Part shown: piece after piece, positions 48,916 to 59,015 of the stretch | Numbering within the stretch: the first letter of the stretch is position 1 | How the letters are laid out: the number at the start of each line of letters is the position of its first letter | DNA from: an uncultured Bacillota bacterium | GTDB taxonomy: Bacteria > Sysuimicrobiota > Sysuimicrobiia > Sysuimicrobiales > Segetimicrobiaceae | Length of the DNA: 64,000 nucleotides | Direction: 5' to 3' | NCBI GenBank assembly: GCA_963804645.1 | Contig: CAWDRG010000005.1 | Location: 96,001 to 160,000 of the forward strand | Translations under genes and position numbers: made by a program | Notes under the pieces: generated by a model | Seen by the model: only the letters and a program-made list of their open reading frames with translations | Told to the model about the DNA's origin: nothing | Databases searched by the model: none

Positions 48916-50756
48916 ATGAGCGCAAGTCTCGCCCGTCGACTTGGCCTCGTCGTCGCCGTGCTGCTTGCAGCACAGCTCGGCGTGCCGCTCTCACGTGCCG
49001 CCTCATCTCCCCCCCGCTCTGGTCCCGCGCAGGGCGCCGCGCCCGCCTTCGCCCCCGCCGGCCTCGCGCTGGACCGCACGGGACATCTCTACGTCACCGA
49101 TCCAAACGACAATCAGATCCTCCGCCTGAACGATATCTCCGGGGAGCGGCGTCGTCGCGCTCGGAAGCTTTGGCTCAGGCGCCGCTCAATTCAACCGGCC
49201 GTTCGGCATCGCGGTGGATTCCAGCGGCCGCATCTACGTCGCCGACACGGCCAACGACCGTGTGGTGCGTATGGACGACATGACCGGACGGGGATGGGTC
49301 GCCCTTGGCACCACCGGGCGCGGCCCCGGGCAGTTCGAGGCGCCGAGGGCCATCTTTGTCGACTCGCAGGATCGAATCTATGTCGCCGACACCCTCAACA
49401 ATCGCATCGTCAGCATGGACGACATGACCGGCCGCGGCTGGAAGGCGCTGGGAGCCACAGGAACCGGGCGCGACCAATTTACCGCTCCAAGCGGGATTAC
49501 TGTCGACTCGCGCCACCGCGTGTACGTGACCGATACCGGCAACCACCGCGTCGTGCGCGTTGACGACATGACCGGCCGCGGCTGGGTGAGCCGGGGCGAC
49601 GCGGATCACACGTTCAACGCGCCGTGGAACGTCAGCCTCGACACTCGGGGCCGCCTGTATGTCACGGACAGATACGCAGATCGGGTGGTGCGCATGGACG
49701 ATATGTCCGGCGCGGGCACCGTGCGCCTCGGCGTATTCGGAAGCGGTCCCGGTCAGTTCGCCTCGCCGGCCGGGATCGCCGTCGATGCGCGAGGCGCCAT
49801 CTACGTCACGGACTTGAACACGACCCGCATCATCCGAATCCAAGACATGCGGGGTGCCGGCTGGGTGTCGCTCGTCGGAAACCCTCAAACTGCCCGGTTC
49901 GTCCGTCCGCTTGGCCTCGCCGTTGACGCCACCGGAAATGTGTACGTGGCAGATTCACGCAACAACCGAATCGTGCAGGTCAATAACTTCCCCAGCGGTG
50001 AGTGGGACGTCTACGCGATTCAGGAGAATACCGATCCACTGCAGTTCCCGTGGGGCGTCACCGTCGACGGGATCGGCCGCATCCTCATTGCCAACACGGG
50101 TGCGCGCCAGGTGGAGCGGATCGACGACATCTCGGGCCAAGGAGAGGTCGTCCGCGGGCGCATCGAAGACGCCCCACAGCCTCTTCGCGGCGCCCGGGGA
50201 TGTCGCGATCGACCTGTTGGGGTTCATCTATGTGACGGATATGGACAACAGCCGGATCGTCCGGATGAGCACGATGTCGGGCTACGGCTGGACGACGCTT
50301 GGGACGGCCGGCACCAAACCCAAGCAGTTCAACACCCCATGGGGCATCGCCGTTGACTCACAGGAGCGTATCTACGTGGCCGACACGCACAACAACCGCA
50401 TCGTGCGGATGGATGACTTTACCGGCGCGGGGTGGACCACGCTTGGGACGTACGGCGATGGTCCGCGTACGTTTTCGGGGCCCACCGGCATCGCATTCGA
50501 TGCGCAGGACCGCCTGTACATCGCGGACAGCGAAAATAACCGGATTGTGCGCATGGACGACATCACAGGGCGAGGCTGGATCACGTACGGACGGCGCGGC
50601 AGCGGCCCCGGCCAATTCGATGTACCCTGGGGGATCGCCGTGGACGCCCGCGGCCGGATCTACGTCGCCGACAGCGCGAACAACCGCGTCGTGCGCATCG
50701 ACAATATGTCGGGAGCCGGCTGGACCGCGCTGACCCAAGCGATCCCAGTGCCGTAG
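48916..50756 (+). CDS. Secreted NHL-repeat beta-propeller protein (12 repeats), split by two +1 frameshifts
   Basis: Signal peptide MSASLARRLGLVVAVLLAAQLG; repeats PxGIAVD..GRIYVADxxNxRIVRMDD; extra G at 49141-49144 and extra C at 50172-50175. Confidence 0.88.
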
Positions 50757-50769
50757 CGGTCGTCGGGGG

Positions 50770-52176
50770 TCACGCCGCGGGAGGGGACAGGCGCGCCCCG
50801 ATTCGCCGAATGCAGATGTCGACGAGCCAGTAGAGCAGGAACCCGTGAATGACCCCGCCGAGGATGAGGCTCAGGTTTGATTCCAGATCCGTTGCCGACG
50901 CGACCACCACCATGCCGAGCATCACGTTCCCCGGTGCGCTGTTCTCGCCGAGCCACCCGGCCCAGATGACCCGCAACACGATCCCCAGGAGCGCGGCGGA
51001 TCCGATGACGCCGATCCAGCCTCCGCTGATCCAGCCCTCGGTGACGACCGGAAGGTTGACGCTGGTGGCCGTGTCCTCCGGATCGAGAAACTTGTACCGG
51101 TGCCCGTACCATTGGCCGGCGACCTCCTGGGGGCCGTTTCGCCAGAGCGCGCGGGGCACCAATTTGGTCAGCAGCGGACGGTACGTCGTGCCGCCCGCGT
51201 AGGGGACGGCCGCCGGCGTCAGCTCGGTGACGTAGGCCAGGTCGGCCAAGCGGTTGATCCGGCTGAGCGCCTGCCCGACGATAAACAGCGCGACCTGCGG
51301 GACGCCGGTCGTCTGGTGAGCACGAAGTCCCGCCGCCTGCGGGTCGAATTCCCGGATCTGGCGGGCGGTGGCCTGCAGAGACGACCGCAGCGGAGCCAGG
51401 ATCGCCCGTCCCCCTCTCAGGAACGCGTGACCGCCGTAGAGATCCTGACGCAGCGCGTCCTTGAGCGGCAGTGCGACCACCATCAAGGGCACGACCAGCA
51501 GCAGCGCCAGCACCGGGCGGCGCCAGGATCCATCGACCACGCCGACCCCGTACAATATCGCGATTGCGCCAACGGCCGCCGGACCCACCTTGGCCAACCC
51601 CAGTGGGACGACGAGCGTCACGCCCAGGTCGAACAGGATCAACAGCCAGACGAGCCCCACCGCGGTGCCGGGCGCGCCGCGCCGCCGAAGACTGCCGAGC
51701 TGCTGCACTCCCAGCACCACGGCGATGACCGGCGCAAACGCCAGCTGATTCACGACCTCCTCGAGGCTTGACGGGAACCGCACCAGCGAGTGCGCGAGCG
51801 AGAGCATCCCTCCCACGACTGAGAATCCCACGAGCGCCATCCACAGCATCGACGGCGTCCAGGCGCGAGGCGTCGCCGCGCGGCGAAGGGGCCACAATAC
51901 GATGCCGATCGCGACGCCAAACCACACCACACAGACCAGCACCGCCTTACGGACAAAGGGCGCGCCGACGGTCGTGGTAAGGCCGTATTGCAAGTTCAGC
52001 TGCATCGGAAGACGGTAGAACGCGAGCGAGAGAAAAAAGAACGCCATCAGCGGCGCGAAGATCGCGACGATGAACATCCAACGTCGCGAGCCGGGCTGTT
52101 CCCGCACCCGCTCACCCTCGAAGGGCCGCGTGGCTCTGAGCGCGCCTCCCCTCGCCCACCATCCACTGAGCTGCAT
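50770..52176 (-). CDS. Polytopic membrane protein, putative Wzy-like polymerase (paralogue of 34514-35899)
   Basis: NQLAFAPVI, RINRLADL, VPRALW, GQWYGHRY, EGWISGGW. Confidence 0.62.
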   Translation of the reverse strand: MQLSGWWARGGALRATRPFEGERVREQPGSRRWMFIVAIFAPLMAFFFLSLAFYRLPMQLNLQYGLTTTVGAPFVRKAVLVCVVWFGVAIGIVLWPLRRAATPRAWTPSMLWMALVGFSVVGGMLSLAHSLVRFPSSLEEVVNQLAFAPVIAVVLGVQQLGSLRRRGAPGTAVGLVWLLILFDLGVTLVVPLGLAKVGPAAVGAIAILYGVGVVDGSWRRPVLALLLVVPLMVVALPLKDALRQDLYGGHAFLRGGRAILAPLRSSLQATARQIREFDPQAAGLRAHQTTGVPQVALFIVGQALSRINRLADLAYVTELTPAAVPYAGGTTYRPLLTKLVPRALWRNGPQEVAGQWYGHRYKFLDPEDTATSVNLPVVTEGWISGGWIGVIGSAALLGIVLRVIWAGWLGENSAPGNVMLGMVVVASATDLESNLSLILGGVIHGFLLYWLVDICIRRIGARLSPPAA

Positions 52177-52375
52177 CGTCACGCCTTTCAGTGCAGGCAC
52201 CTGGTACGGAACGCCTGCTCAGCGTACCGGAGCCGTGATTGGCGGTCCAGCCCGGACAGCCCGCCGCCTGTGTGTTCCAACGGGTCCGCCAGCGTTCCAG
52301 TGTGATGCCCCGAGGGAACACGCGATCTCACGTCACGCGAAAAGCGCAACGGTCACCGAACCCACTGGCGACCGA

Positions 52376-52391
52376 CTGTACACCCGTACAG
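52376..52391. promoter_or_regulatory. Palindromic putative transcription factor site
   Basis: CTGTAC-ACCC-GTACAG perfect inverted repeat in a divergent intergenic region. Confidence 0.45.
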
Positions 52392-52460
52392 CGTTGGTTT
52401 TGACGCGGTCTCAGTCGACACCTTGCGAACCGCCGCTTCTTTCGCAATGGGGCTGTGCAG

Positions 52461-52466
52461 TATAAT
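52461..52466 (+). promoter_or_regulatory. Putative -10 box of wzz-wzy unit
   Basis: TATAAT 55 nt upstream of ATG 52521. Confidence 0.5.
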
Positions 52467-52520
52467 CCCAAGTATACGGGTGCCAGCTGCTCGGCAACGC
52501 GGTACGGAGCAGAAGCAGTG

Positions 52521-53351
52521 ATGACATCTCGGCAGTTTTGGGACATGGTGGCGCGCAATTGGGCGGTCGGCGGCTGCGTCTTCGCCATCTGCCTGGTCGC
52601 CGCCCTCGCCGCGAGCCTCGCGTCACCCCCTCTGTACGAGGCGACCGCCTTTGTCCAGATTGCTCAGCCGGCGAACCTCGGAAGTGATATACGGGCCTGG
52701 GACTTCTCACACGGCATGCTCGAGCGAGTCGACGCCGACGTGCTCGAGAACTTGCTGAGGCGGGAAGACGTGCTGGATGCCATCATCGCGCGCGCCGGCG
52801 TCGTGGGCCGTACCACGGCATCGCAACTCCACCGTCACCTCGAGCTGATCTCCACAGGCGTTGACGGTCTCTACGAAACCACCGTGTGGTCGCCGTCGCG
52901 GACCGACGCGCCGCGTCTTGCCAACGCGGCCGGCACCGTGGCGGGCGATGAGGCGATCGCGCTCGTGCGGCAGAACAGGGCGGTCATTATCACCCGTCTG
53001 CATGATGCGATGGCGGCTCTGCGCAGGGCGATCGACGACCCAGACCCAAGTGCCGACCCCCAGTGGGTAACCGGTGGCACCGATTATACTGCCGTCGACA
53101 GCGCGCGCGAACGCCATCATAGGAACGTGGCCACTTACGAGCTCCTGACGGACCGGATGACAACGCTCGACGCGGAATATCGGGCCAACCCCCTCCGGGA
53201 GACGCTCGTGAAACCGGCGGGGACGCCCGTCGACCCCGTGACGCCGGGGCCGTCATTGTATCTCCTGTTCGGCGCCGCCGGCGGCGCCGTATTGGGCCTC
53301 ACCGCCGTGCTGATCGCGGGGTCGCTCCGTGGACCTGCCGGCCTCCGCTGA
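52521..53351 (+). CDS. Wzz-like polysaccharide co-polymerase/chain-length determinant
   Basis: N-terminal TM then PPLYEATAFVQI, helical periplasmic region, Pro-rich PVDPVTPGP and Gly-rich C-terminal TM. Confidence 0.8.
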   Translation: MTSRQFWDMVARNWAVGGCVFAICLVAALAASLASPPLYEATAFVQIAQPANLGSDIRAWDFSHGMLERVDADVLENLLRREDVLDAIIARAGVVGRTTASQLHRHLELISTGVDGLYETTVWSPSRTDAPRLANAAGTVAGDEAIALVRQNRAVIITRLHDAMAALRRAIDDPDPSADPQWVTGGTDYTAVDSARERHHRNVATYELLTDRMTTLDAEYRANPLRETLVKPAGTPVDPVTPGPSLYLLFGAAGGAVLGLTAVLIAGSLRGPAGLR

Positions 53352-54864
53352 CCGCGCCGGCTCGCCGCGCGCCGCGCGGCCCGCGCTCGCCGCCGCCGCG
53401 ATCAGCTGCGTGTTCTTGGCCATCGCGGCGTTGGCGCTCACGGACCTCGCGCTGATGCCGCTCCTGTTCGGCATCGCCGCGTCAACAACCGTCGCCGGCG
53501 TGCCATTTCTCATCTCCGCCGCCCGCGGACGCCTGGATCCGTTCGAGCCTCCCGTGCTCTTTAGCGTCTTCTACCTGATCGGGTTCCCCGTGACCGCCCT
53601 GATGGCGGCCGCCTTCGGGGAGCCGTTCGACCCGAGCGGATCGCTGCCGTGGTTTCCCGCGGCCCTGCTACTTGCGGCGCTCGGCATGGGCGCGTGGTTC
53701 CTGGGATACTACGCGGGTCCGGGCGCGGCGCTGGCGAGCGCCGTGCCGCGCCTCAGCCGCCGCTGGGACGAACGGCGCGCGCTTCTCGCCGTCGCCTGCT
53801 TCGGGGCAGCCGGGTGGTTCGCGCAGCTTGTCGTGGTCGTCAGGGGAGGGTATCTCCACGGATTCCGCACCGAGGTGACGGGGCAGTGGTCAACCGCCGT
53901 CGCCTGGGTCGCGAGCTTTGTCTTTGTCGCCCTCGCGATCGCCGCGGTCCGTCAGTATCAGCTCATGAGGGCCGGGAAGCGGGCGTACTGGTGGACGGGG
54001 ATCCTTGTGGTGGGGGTCATCATGGAACTGCTCTATGCGACCGCGAGCGGCTGGCGGACACAGGCGCTCGAAGCGCTGCTCATTCCGCTGCTGGTCGCCG
54101 CCTACATGCTGAAGCACATCCGATGGTCGCGCATCATCGGAGCCGCGCTCGTCAGTGTGTTCCTCATCTTTCCGTTCGCGAATGCCTACCGTGCGGAGCT
54201 TGCCAGCGAGACGGATCTGGCCGCACGCCGGCTGTCCACCGCCCCAGTCGCCGACCTGCGGCTCGCAGCGCTGCGCGGCGGAGAGGACCTTGCGCATCTC
54301 CAAGGGTGGGACTTCGCGGCGGCGTCGGTCCAAACCACGATCCAGCGGCTCGGCATGGTACAGATCGTCGCCGCGATCATCCGCGGCACGCCTGCGGTCT
54401 GGCCGTTTGAACCAGCGGAGACGCTCCAGGCGTTGATCGTGTCGCTGGCCCCGCCCCGGTTCCTCATCAAGAAACCCACGGTCGCCGTGGGCGGCAATGA
54501 ATTTGCGCACCGCTATCACTTGATCCGTCCAGAGGACGCCGACACCTCGGTGGGGCTGACGCGGCTCGGCGAGCTCTACCTCAACGGCTGGCTCGGCGCC
54601 GTCATCCTCGGGATGTGGATCGAGGGAGCGTTCGCCAGGGTCGTCTACGACTACTTGATCGGCCGCCGGCCCGTGTCGCCGGCGGCGCTCGTCTTGTATA
54701 CAATGTTTATCCTGTCGTTTCTCCTCTTCACCGCATTCGCGGACTACGCGCTGATGCTCAAGGTCGCGGTCGTGCTGGTGCCGACGCTCCTCTGGATCTC
54801 CGCCCCCCGGCGAGGCGCGCGCGCGGCGAGGACACAGGACACCGCGTCGCCGATGGCGACGTAA
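53329..54864 (+). CDS. Putative Wzy polysaccharide polymerase
   Basis: About 12 TMs; loop PPRFLIKKP..GNEFAHRY..TSVGLTRLGELYLNG; follows wzz. Confidence 0.68.
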   Translation: MDLPASADRAGSPRAARPALAAAAISCVFLAIAALALTDLALMPLLFGIAASTTVAGVPFLISAARGRLDPFEPPVLFSVFYLIGFPVTALMAAAFGEPFDPSGSLPWFPAALLLAALGMGAWFLGYYAGPGAALASAVPRLSRRWDERRALLAVACFGAAGWFAQLVVVVRGGYLHGFRTEVTGQWSTAVAWVASFVFVALAIAAVRQYQLMRAGKRAYWWTGILVVGVIMELLYATASGWRTQALEALLIPLLVAAYMLKHIRWSRIIGAALVSVFLIFPFANAYRAELASETDLAARRLSTAPVADLRLAALRGGEDLAHLQGWDFAAASVQTTIQRLGMVQIVAAIIRGTPAVWPFEPAETLQALIVSLAPPRFLIKKPTVAVGGNEFAHRYHLIRPEDADTSVGLTRLGELYLNGWLGAVILGMWIEGAFARVVYDYLIGRRPVSPAALVLYTMFILSFLLFTAFADYALMLKVAVVLVPTLLWISAPRRGARAARTQDTASPMAT

Positions 54865-54915
54865 CGGCCCTCCCCGGCCGCATCGCGGGGTCCATGGGCT
54901 CGTGGTGACTCCGCA

Positions 54916-56100
54916 CTATCTCGGACGTGTGCGCTCCGTACCGGGTGCCGGCTCCGACACCGCAGAGGCGAACGTCGACGATATTCCTGCGGGCGCCACG
55001 ACCAATGCAAGCAACAGCCACAGCCCCCCGCTCGTACTGATCGAGAACAGCGTGTTGTCCGCCAGTTGGTCGACCAGCAGCGCCAGCCATGCCGCCCCGA
55101 TCACGGCCCGCAGCGGATCACCGGACACCGGACCGGCGCGGGCGCTCCGCACCCACTCGCGCGCGGCGGCGATCGCCACCCACAGGGCCGCGAGCAGACC
55201 GAGGAGGCCGGTCTCCACGGCAAGGTTCAACCACATGTCGAACGCAAACGGCTCTGGGCTCATCCCGGGCGCCTTGCGCGCATCGTAGGCCACCTGGAAC
55301 GTCCCGAATCCCGTACCCAGCAGCGGGTGCGCGGCGATCATCTCGAGCGACGTGTGCCAGATCTGCAGGCGGTTCCCCGACACGTCGCTCAGCGTGTACC
55401 GCATGCGCTCCCGCACCTGGGGGACGGCGAAGCCCACCACGATCAACGCCGCCAGCCCCGCGGCAAGGATCACCGTCGCCCTGCCGGGGTGCGCACGAAG
55501 TTCGCGCCACACGAGGTAGGCGGCGCCCAGAATCCACCCCGCGAGCGATGCCCGCGATCCACTCACGAGCAGCCCGACAAAACTCAGGGCGCTGCAGACC
55601 AGCCAGAAGATGCGCGTGCGGCCCCGCGCGCGGAACGCGAAGCCCAGCGCGAGCACGCTGCCGAGCACCATCGTGGTGCCGAGGCCGTTCGGGCCGACGC
55701 CGCGGGGAATCTCGGCGCGGCCCGGGATCACCGGCCCGTTGTTCAGGTGGACGTCGTGCGCCAGGCTGTACGCGATCCCGACGCACGCCGCGACCGGCGA
55801 CGCCGCCGCCCACACGCGAAGCAGCATCGACCGGGCCTCGGGCTCGCGGCTCAGCAGCCACGTGAACCCGCCGAAATACACGGCGCCCGAAATGAGCAGC
55901 GCGACGGTGACGAGCGGCGCGACCTGCCGATACGGCGACGCCGCCGCCGAGACGACGAGCACGGCCGCGAAGACGGCGAGCGGTCCATCGAGGACGGTCC
56001 GCGCCCACAGCCACGACCGCCGCGCCGCGAGGCTCCACAGCGCTCCGAAAAACAGCAGACCGAAGCCGATGGTCGAATACCCGAAGCCGTAGAGGGCCAC
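54916..56100 (-). CDS. O-antigen ligase (WaaL/Wzy_C) family protein; true start may be further upstream
   Basis: PNGLG, SGSRAS, RLQIW, HPLLGTGFGTF, AVETGLLG. Confidence 0.85.
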   Translation of the reverse strand: MALYGFGYSTIGFGLLFFGALWSLAARRSWLWARTVLDGPLAVFAAVLVVSAAASPYRQVAPLVTVALLISGAVYFGGFTWLLSREPEARSMLLRVWAAASPVAACVGIAYSLAHDVHLNNGPVIPGRAEIPRGVGPNGLGTTMVLGSVLALGFAFRARGRTRIFWLVCSALSFVGLLVSGSRASLAGWILGAAYLVWRELRAHPGRATVILAAGLAALIVVGFAVPQVRERMRYTLSDVSGNRLQIWHTSLEMIAAHPLLGTGFGTFQVAYDARKAPGMSPEPFAFDMWLNLAVETGLLGLLAALWVAIAAAREWVRSARAGPVSGDPLRAVIGAAWLALLVDQLADNTLFSISTSGGLWLLLALVVAPAGISSTFASAVSEPAPGTERTRPR

Positions 56101-56231
56101 GACGGCGATCGCCGCCCACCGGATGTACGCGGCGAACGCGCGCCCCGCGACGGGACGTGCCGGGAGGGGGCGGGGTCGACGGGTTCCGCGCCGCCCCGGC
56201 TACCACTGCGGCGCGGCGGCGGGCCTCGGGC

Positions 56232-58106
56232 TCACGGACGCGCGGAACTCGCGCCGGTCCCGACCTTCGCGCGGATGTCGCGGACGAGCGTCGCCACGAC
56301 CTCGTACCGGCCGAACGACGGCATCAGATACGCGCCGTCGATCCGGTCGACGAGCCCGAGCAGCAGCTCCCGGGCCAGCAGCAGCCCCTCATCCCGGCCC
56401 GCGTTGCCGGCGGCCTGCATGCGGTCGCGGACCCACTGGGGGATCGAGATGCCCGGCACCTCGTTGTGCAGGAACTCCGCGTGGCGAAAGCTCTGCAGCG
56501 GCAGCACGCCGAGCAGGACGGGCACCGGGAGCGTGCCGACCCGGCGCAGGAACACATCCAGGACTTCCGGCTCGTAGATCGGCTGGGTCATGAAGAAGTC
56601 GACGCCCGCCTCGAGCTTGCGCTCGAGCCGCGGAAGCTCCCGTTCGAGCGTCTCCGGGTTCATGTCGAGCGCGGCGCCCGTGAGGAAGCGGGCGGGATGC
56701 CCGATCGACTTCCCCGACAGATCCAGCCCCTCGTTGAAGCGGCGGATGATGCGCGCGAGCCCGACGCTGTCGACGTCATAGACGGCGGTGACGTTCGGAT
56801 AGTCGCCGCGCGGCGGCTCTCCGGTGAGCGCCAGGACGTTCCGGACGCCCATCGCGTGCGCGCCGATCAGATCCGCCTGAATTCCGACCAGGTTCCGGTC
56901 GCGCGTCGTAAAGTGAATGATCGTCTCGATCCCGACGTGCTGCTGGATCAGAAAGCACATCGCGAGCGCGCTCATCCGGACCCGCCCGATCGGGCTGTCG
57001 CCGACGTCGATGACGTCGGCGCCCGCGGCTTTGAGGAGACGCGCACCCTCGAGGTCCTTTGTGGCGTCCAGGCCCTTCGGCGGATCGACCTCCACGCTGA
57101 TCACGAACGACCGGCGCAGCTTTTGGGCCAGCTCGCTCGGCTGGTCGACCGGCTGGGGCGCCCCTTCCTGAGACGCGCCAAACGTCAGGGTGGCCGGCGA
57201 CGCCTCTCCGGCGGGGTGCAGGTCCGCGATCGCGCGCCCGATCGCCGCGATGTGCTCCGGGGTCGTCCCGCAGCATCCGCCGACGATCCGCGCGCCCGCC
57301 TCGACCATCTTCCGCGCGTAGGCCGCCAGGTGCTCCGGGGAGGCCGCGTAGAGATAGCGCCCGTCGACCAGCGCCGGAAATCCCGCGTTCGGCTGCGCCG
57401 AGATCGGCACGTGCGCGCACGCCGCCATCAACTGGACCACCTCGAGCATGGGCACCGGGCCCACGCTGCAGTTCGCGCCCACGACATCCACCCCGAGCCC
57501 CTCGAGCGCGGCCACGACCTCCGCGGGAGCGTGCCCGTAGCGCGTGCGGCCGTCCTCGGCGAAGCTCATCTGCGCGACCACCGGCAGGTCGCACGCCTCG
57601 TGCGCGGCCCGCACCGCCTCGAGCAACTCGGTGAGGTCGGTGAACGTCTCCAGCATCACGACGTCGATCCCGCCCTCGACCAACGGATCGATCTGCGCGC
57701 GGAACGCCTCGCGCACCTCCGGGGGCGTGATCCGCCCGTACGGGGCGACCGGCTTCCCGAGGGGCCCGACGGCGCCCGCAATCAGCACGGCCCGGCCGAA
57801 CACGTCCCGGGCCTCCTTCGCGATCTTGGCGCCCCGAAGGTTGATGTCCCGGACCCGATCGGCGTACCCGTAGCCGGCCAGCCTGATCGGATTCGCGCCG
57901 AAGGTGTTTGTCTCGATCATCTCGGCGCCCGCGCGCAGGTAATCGAGGTGGACCGTCAGCACGAGCTCGCGGCGGGTCAGGTTGAGGGCGTCGAACGACT
58001 GATCGAACGGAACGCCGCGCGCGTAGAGCAGCGTCCCCATGGCTCCGTCGCAGAGCAGCGGGCCGCGCGCGAGGCGCGCGCGCAGCGGATGCGTCGACCC
58101 GGTCAC
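56232..58106 (-). CDS. yitJ: Bifunctional homocysteine S-methyltransferase/methylenetetrahydrofolate reductase
   Basis: DGAMGT, ETNTFGAN, GANC, PNAG, GGCCGT; C-terminal VEVDPPK, RDRN, LTGEPP, MTQPIY. Confidence 0.95.
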   Translation of the reverse strand: MTGSTHPLRARLARGPLLCDGAMGTLLYARGVPFDQSFDALNLTRRELVLTVHLDYLRAGAEMIETNTFGANPIRLAGYGYADRVRDINLRGAKIAKEARDVFGRAVLIAGAVGPLGKPVAPYGRITPPEVREAFRAQIDPLVEGGIDVVMLETFTDLTELLEAVRAAHEACDLPVVAQMSFAEDGRTRYGHAPAEVVAALEGLGVDVVGANCSVGPVPMLEVVQLMAACAHVPISAQPNAGFPALVDGRYLYAASPEHLAAYARKMVEAGARIVGGCCGTTPEHIAAIGRAIADLHPAGEASPATLTFGASQEGAPQPVDQPSELAQKLRRSFVISVEVDPPKGLDATKDLEGARLLKAAGADVIDVGDSPIGRVRMSALAMCFLIQQHVGIETIIHFTTRDRNLVGIQADLIGAHAMGVRNVLALTGEPPRGDYPNVTAVYDVDSVGLARIIRRFNEGLDLSGKSIGHPARFLTGAALDMNPETLERELPRLERKLEAGVDFFMTQPIYEPEVLDVFLRRVGTLPVPVLLGVLPLQSFRHAEFLHNEVPGISIPQWVRDRMQAAGNAGRDEGLLLARELLLGLVDRIDGAYLMPSFGRYEVVATLVRDIRAKVGTGASSARP

Positions 58107-58858
58107 GGCTTCAGCTGCAGCGGCGTTCCCCCACAGGCCTCGCACGGCTGGGAGTAGTCGGCCTGACTGCTCAACACAAACGCGTCGGCGCTTTGATGAA
58201 ACGACCGGACGGGGAACGGCACCGGCCACGTGCGGAAGTCGATCACCGGATTCATCTGCCGCTCGAGGCGATCGACCACCACGTACGGCAGCGGAATCGA
58301 GTTCACGAACAATGCCTGGAGGTGGAAGAACACCTCGGGCGCGCCGTACACCTGAAACTCTCCCTGCATCCGCACCCGCGTCGGCACGCCGTTGTATAAG
58401 AACGTTCCACGCGCGGTGATGGAGTCGCCGTCCACCGTGAGGGTCACGTTGCGGACCGCGTCCTGATGGTTCAGGAACTCCTGGACGCTCGCGAGCGACA
58501 GCTTCCCATAGATGGCGCTCTCGCGCACGTCGAGGACTTTCAACGTCCCCTGCCGCAGCGCATCGGGGTCGAAGCTGACCCCCACGAGCCGAATCCACAT
58601 CTGGTCGATCCGCATGCCCTTGATCTCGGGGTGCTCCGCGTAGACGCTGACCCGCGCGTAGCCCCCCTCGTAGAGATCGGGCACCACGTCGAGACGCAGC
58701 ACCGGCGGGTTCGCGAGCAGTGTGCGGAACAGCGGCTCCAGGACGGCCGTGTCCGCGACCGTCAGGGCGTGCGCAGGCACGGCACCACCGAGCCAGCCGA
58801 GCAAGATCAGTACCACGAGGCCTCGACGCGCCATCGTGGCGGGGTTCGGGATATTCAC
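58103..58858 (-). CDS. Exported protein, possibly LmeA/DUF2993-like lipid-binding protein
   Basis: Signal peptide ending AHA, beta-rich body, C-terminal CEAC; GGAGGAG RBS; GTGA-coupled to yitJ. Confidence 0.6.
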   Translation of the reverse strand: MNIPNPATMARRGLVVLILLGWLGGAVPAHALTVADTAVLEPLFRTLLANPPVLRLDVVPDLYEGGYARVSVYAEHPEIKGMRIDQMWIRLVGVSFDPDALRQGTLKVLDVRESAIYGKLSLASVQEFLNHQDAVRNVTLTVDGDSITARGTFLYNGVPTRVRMQGEFQVYGAPEVFFHLQALFVNSIPLPYVVVDRLERQMNPVIDFRTWPVPFPVRSFHQSADAFVLSSQADYSQPCEACGGTPLQLKP

Positions 58859-59015
58859 GGGTGACTCCTCCCGCGCGAGTTGCGCGCTCACCCGATAAAA
58901 CGCCGAGCGCGAGCAAACCGTTCCCGGTGCCAATTCGGACCCGTGTGTTGACACGCATAGGACGCGGAGGAATCCGTCGGTGTACGGCATCGTGCACAAC
59001 TCTATGAGCGCACCG

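Noticed and set aside
49200..50730. Regularly recurring DNA repeats as a CRISPR array
   Set aside because: Degenerate, in frame and fully explained by NHL protein repeats; no cas genes
58912..58933. Minus-strand TGGCAC...TTGC as a sigma-54 promoter
   Set aside because: Spacing is 10 nt rather than the required 5
58905..58940. GCAAACC...GGTGCCAATTC resembling a SAM-I riboswitch core near yitJ
   Set aside because: On the plus strand, opposite to yitJ, and P1/P2 consensus elements are missing
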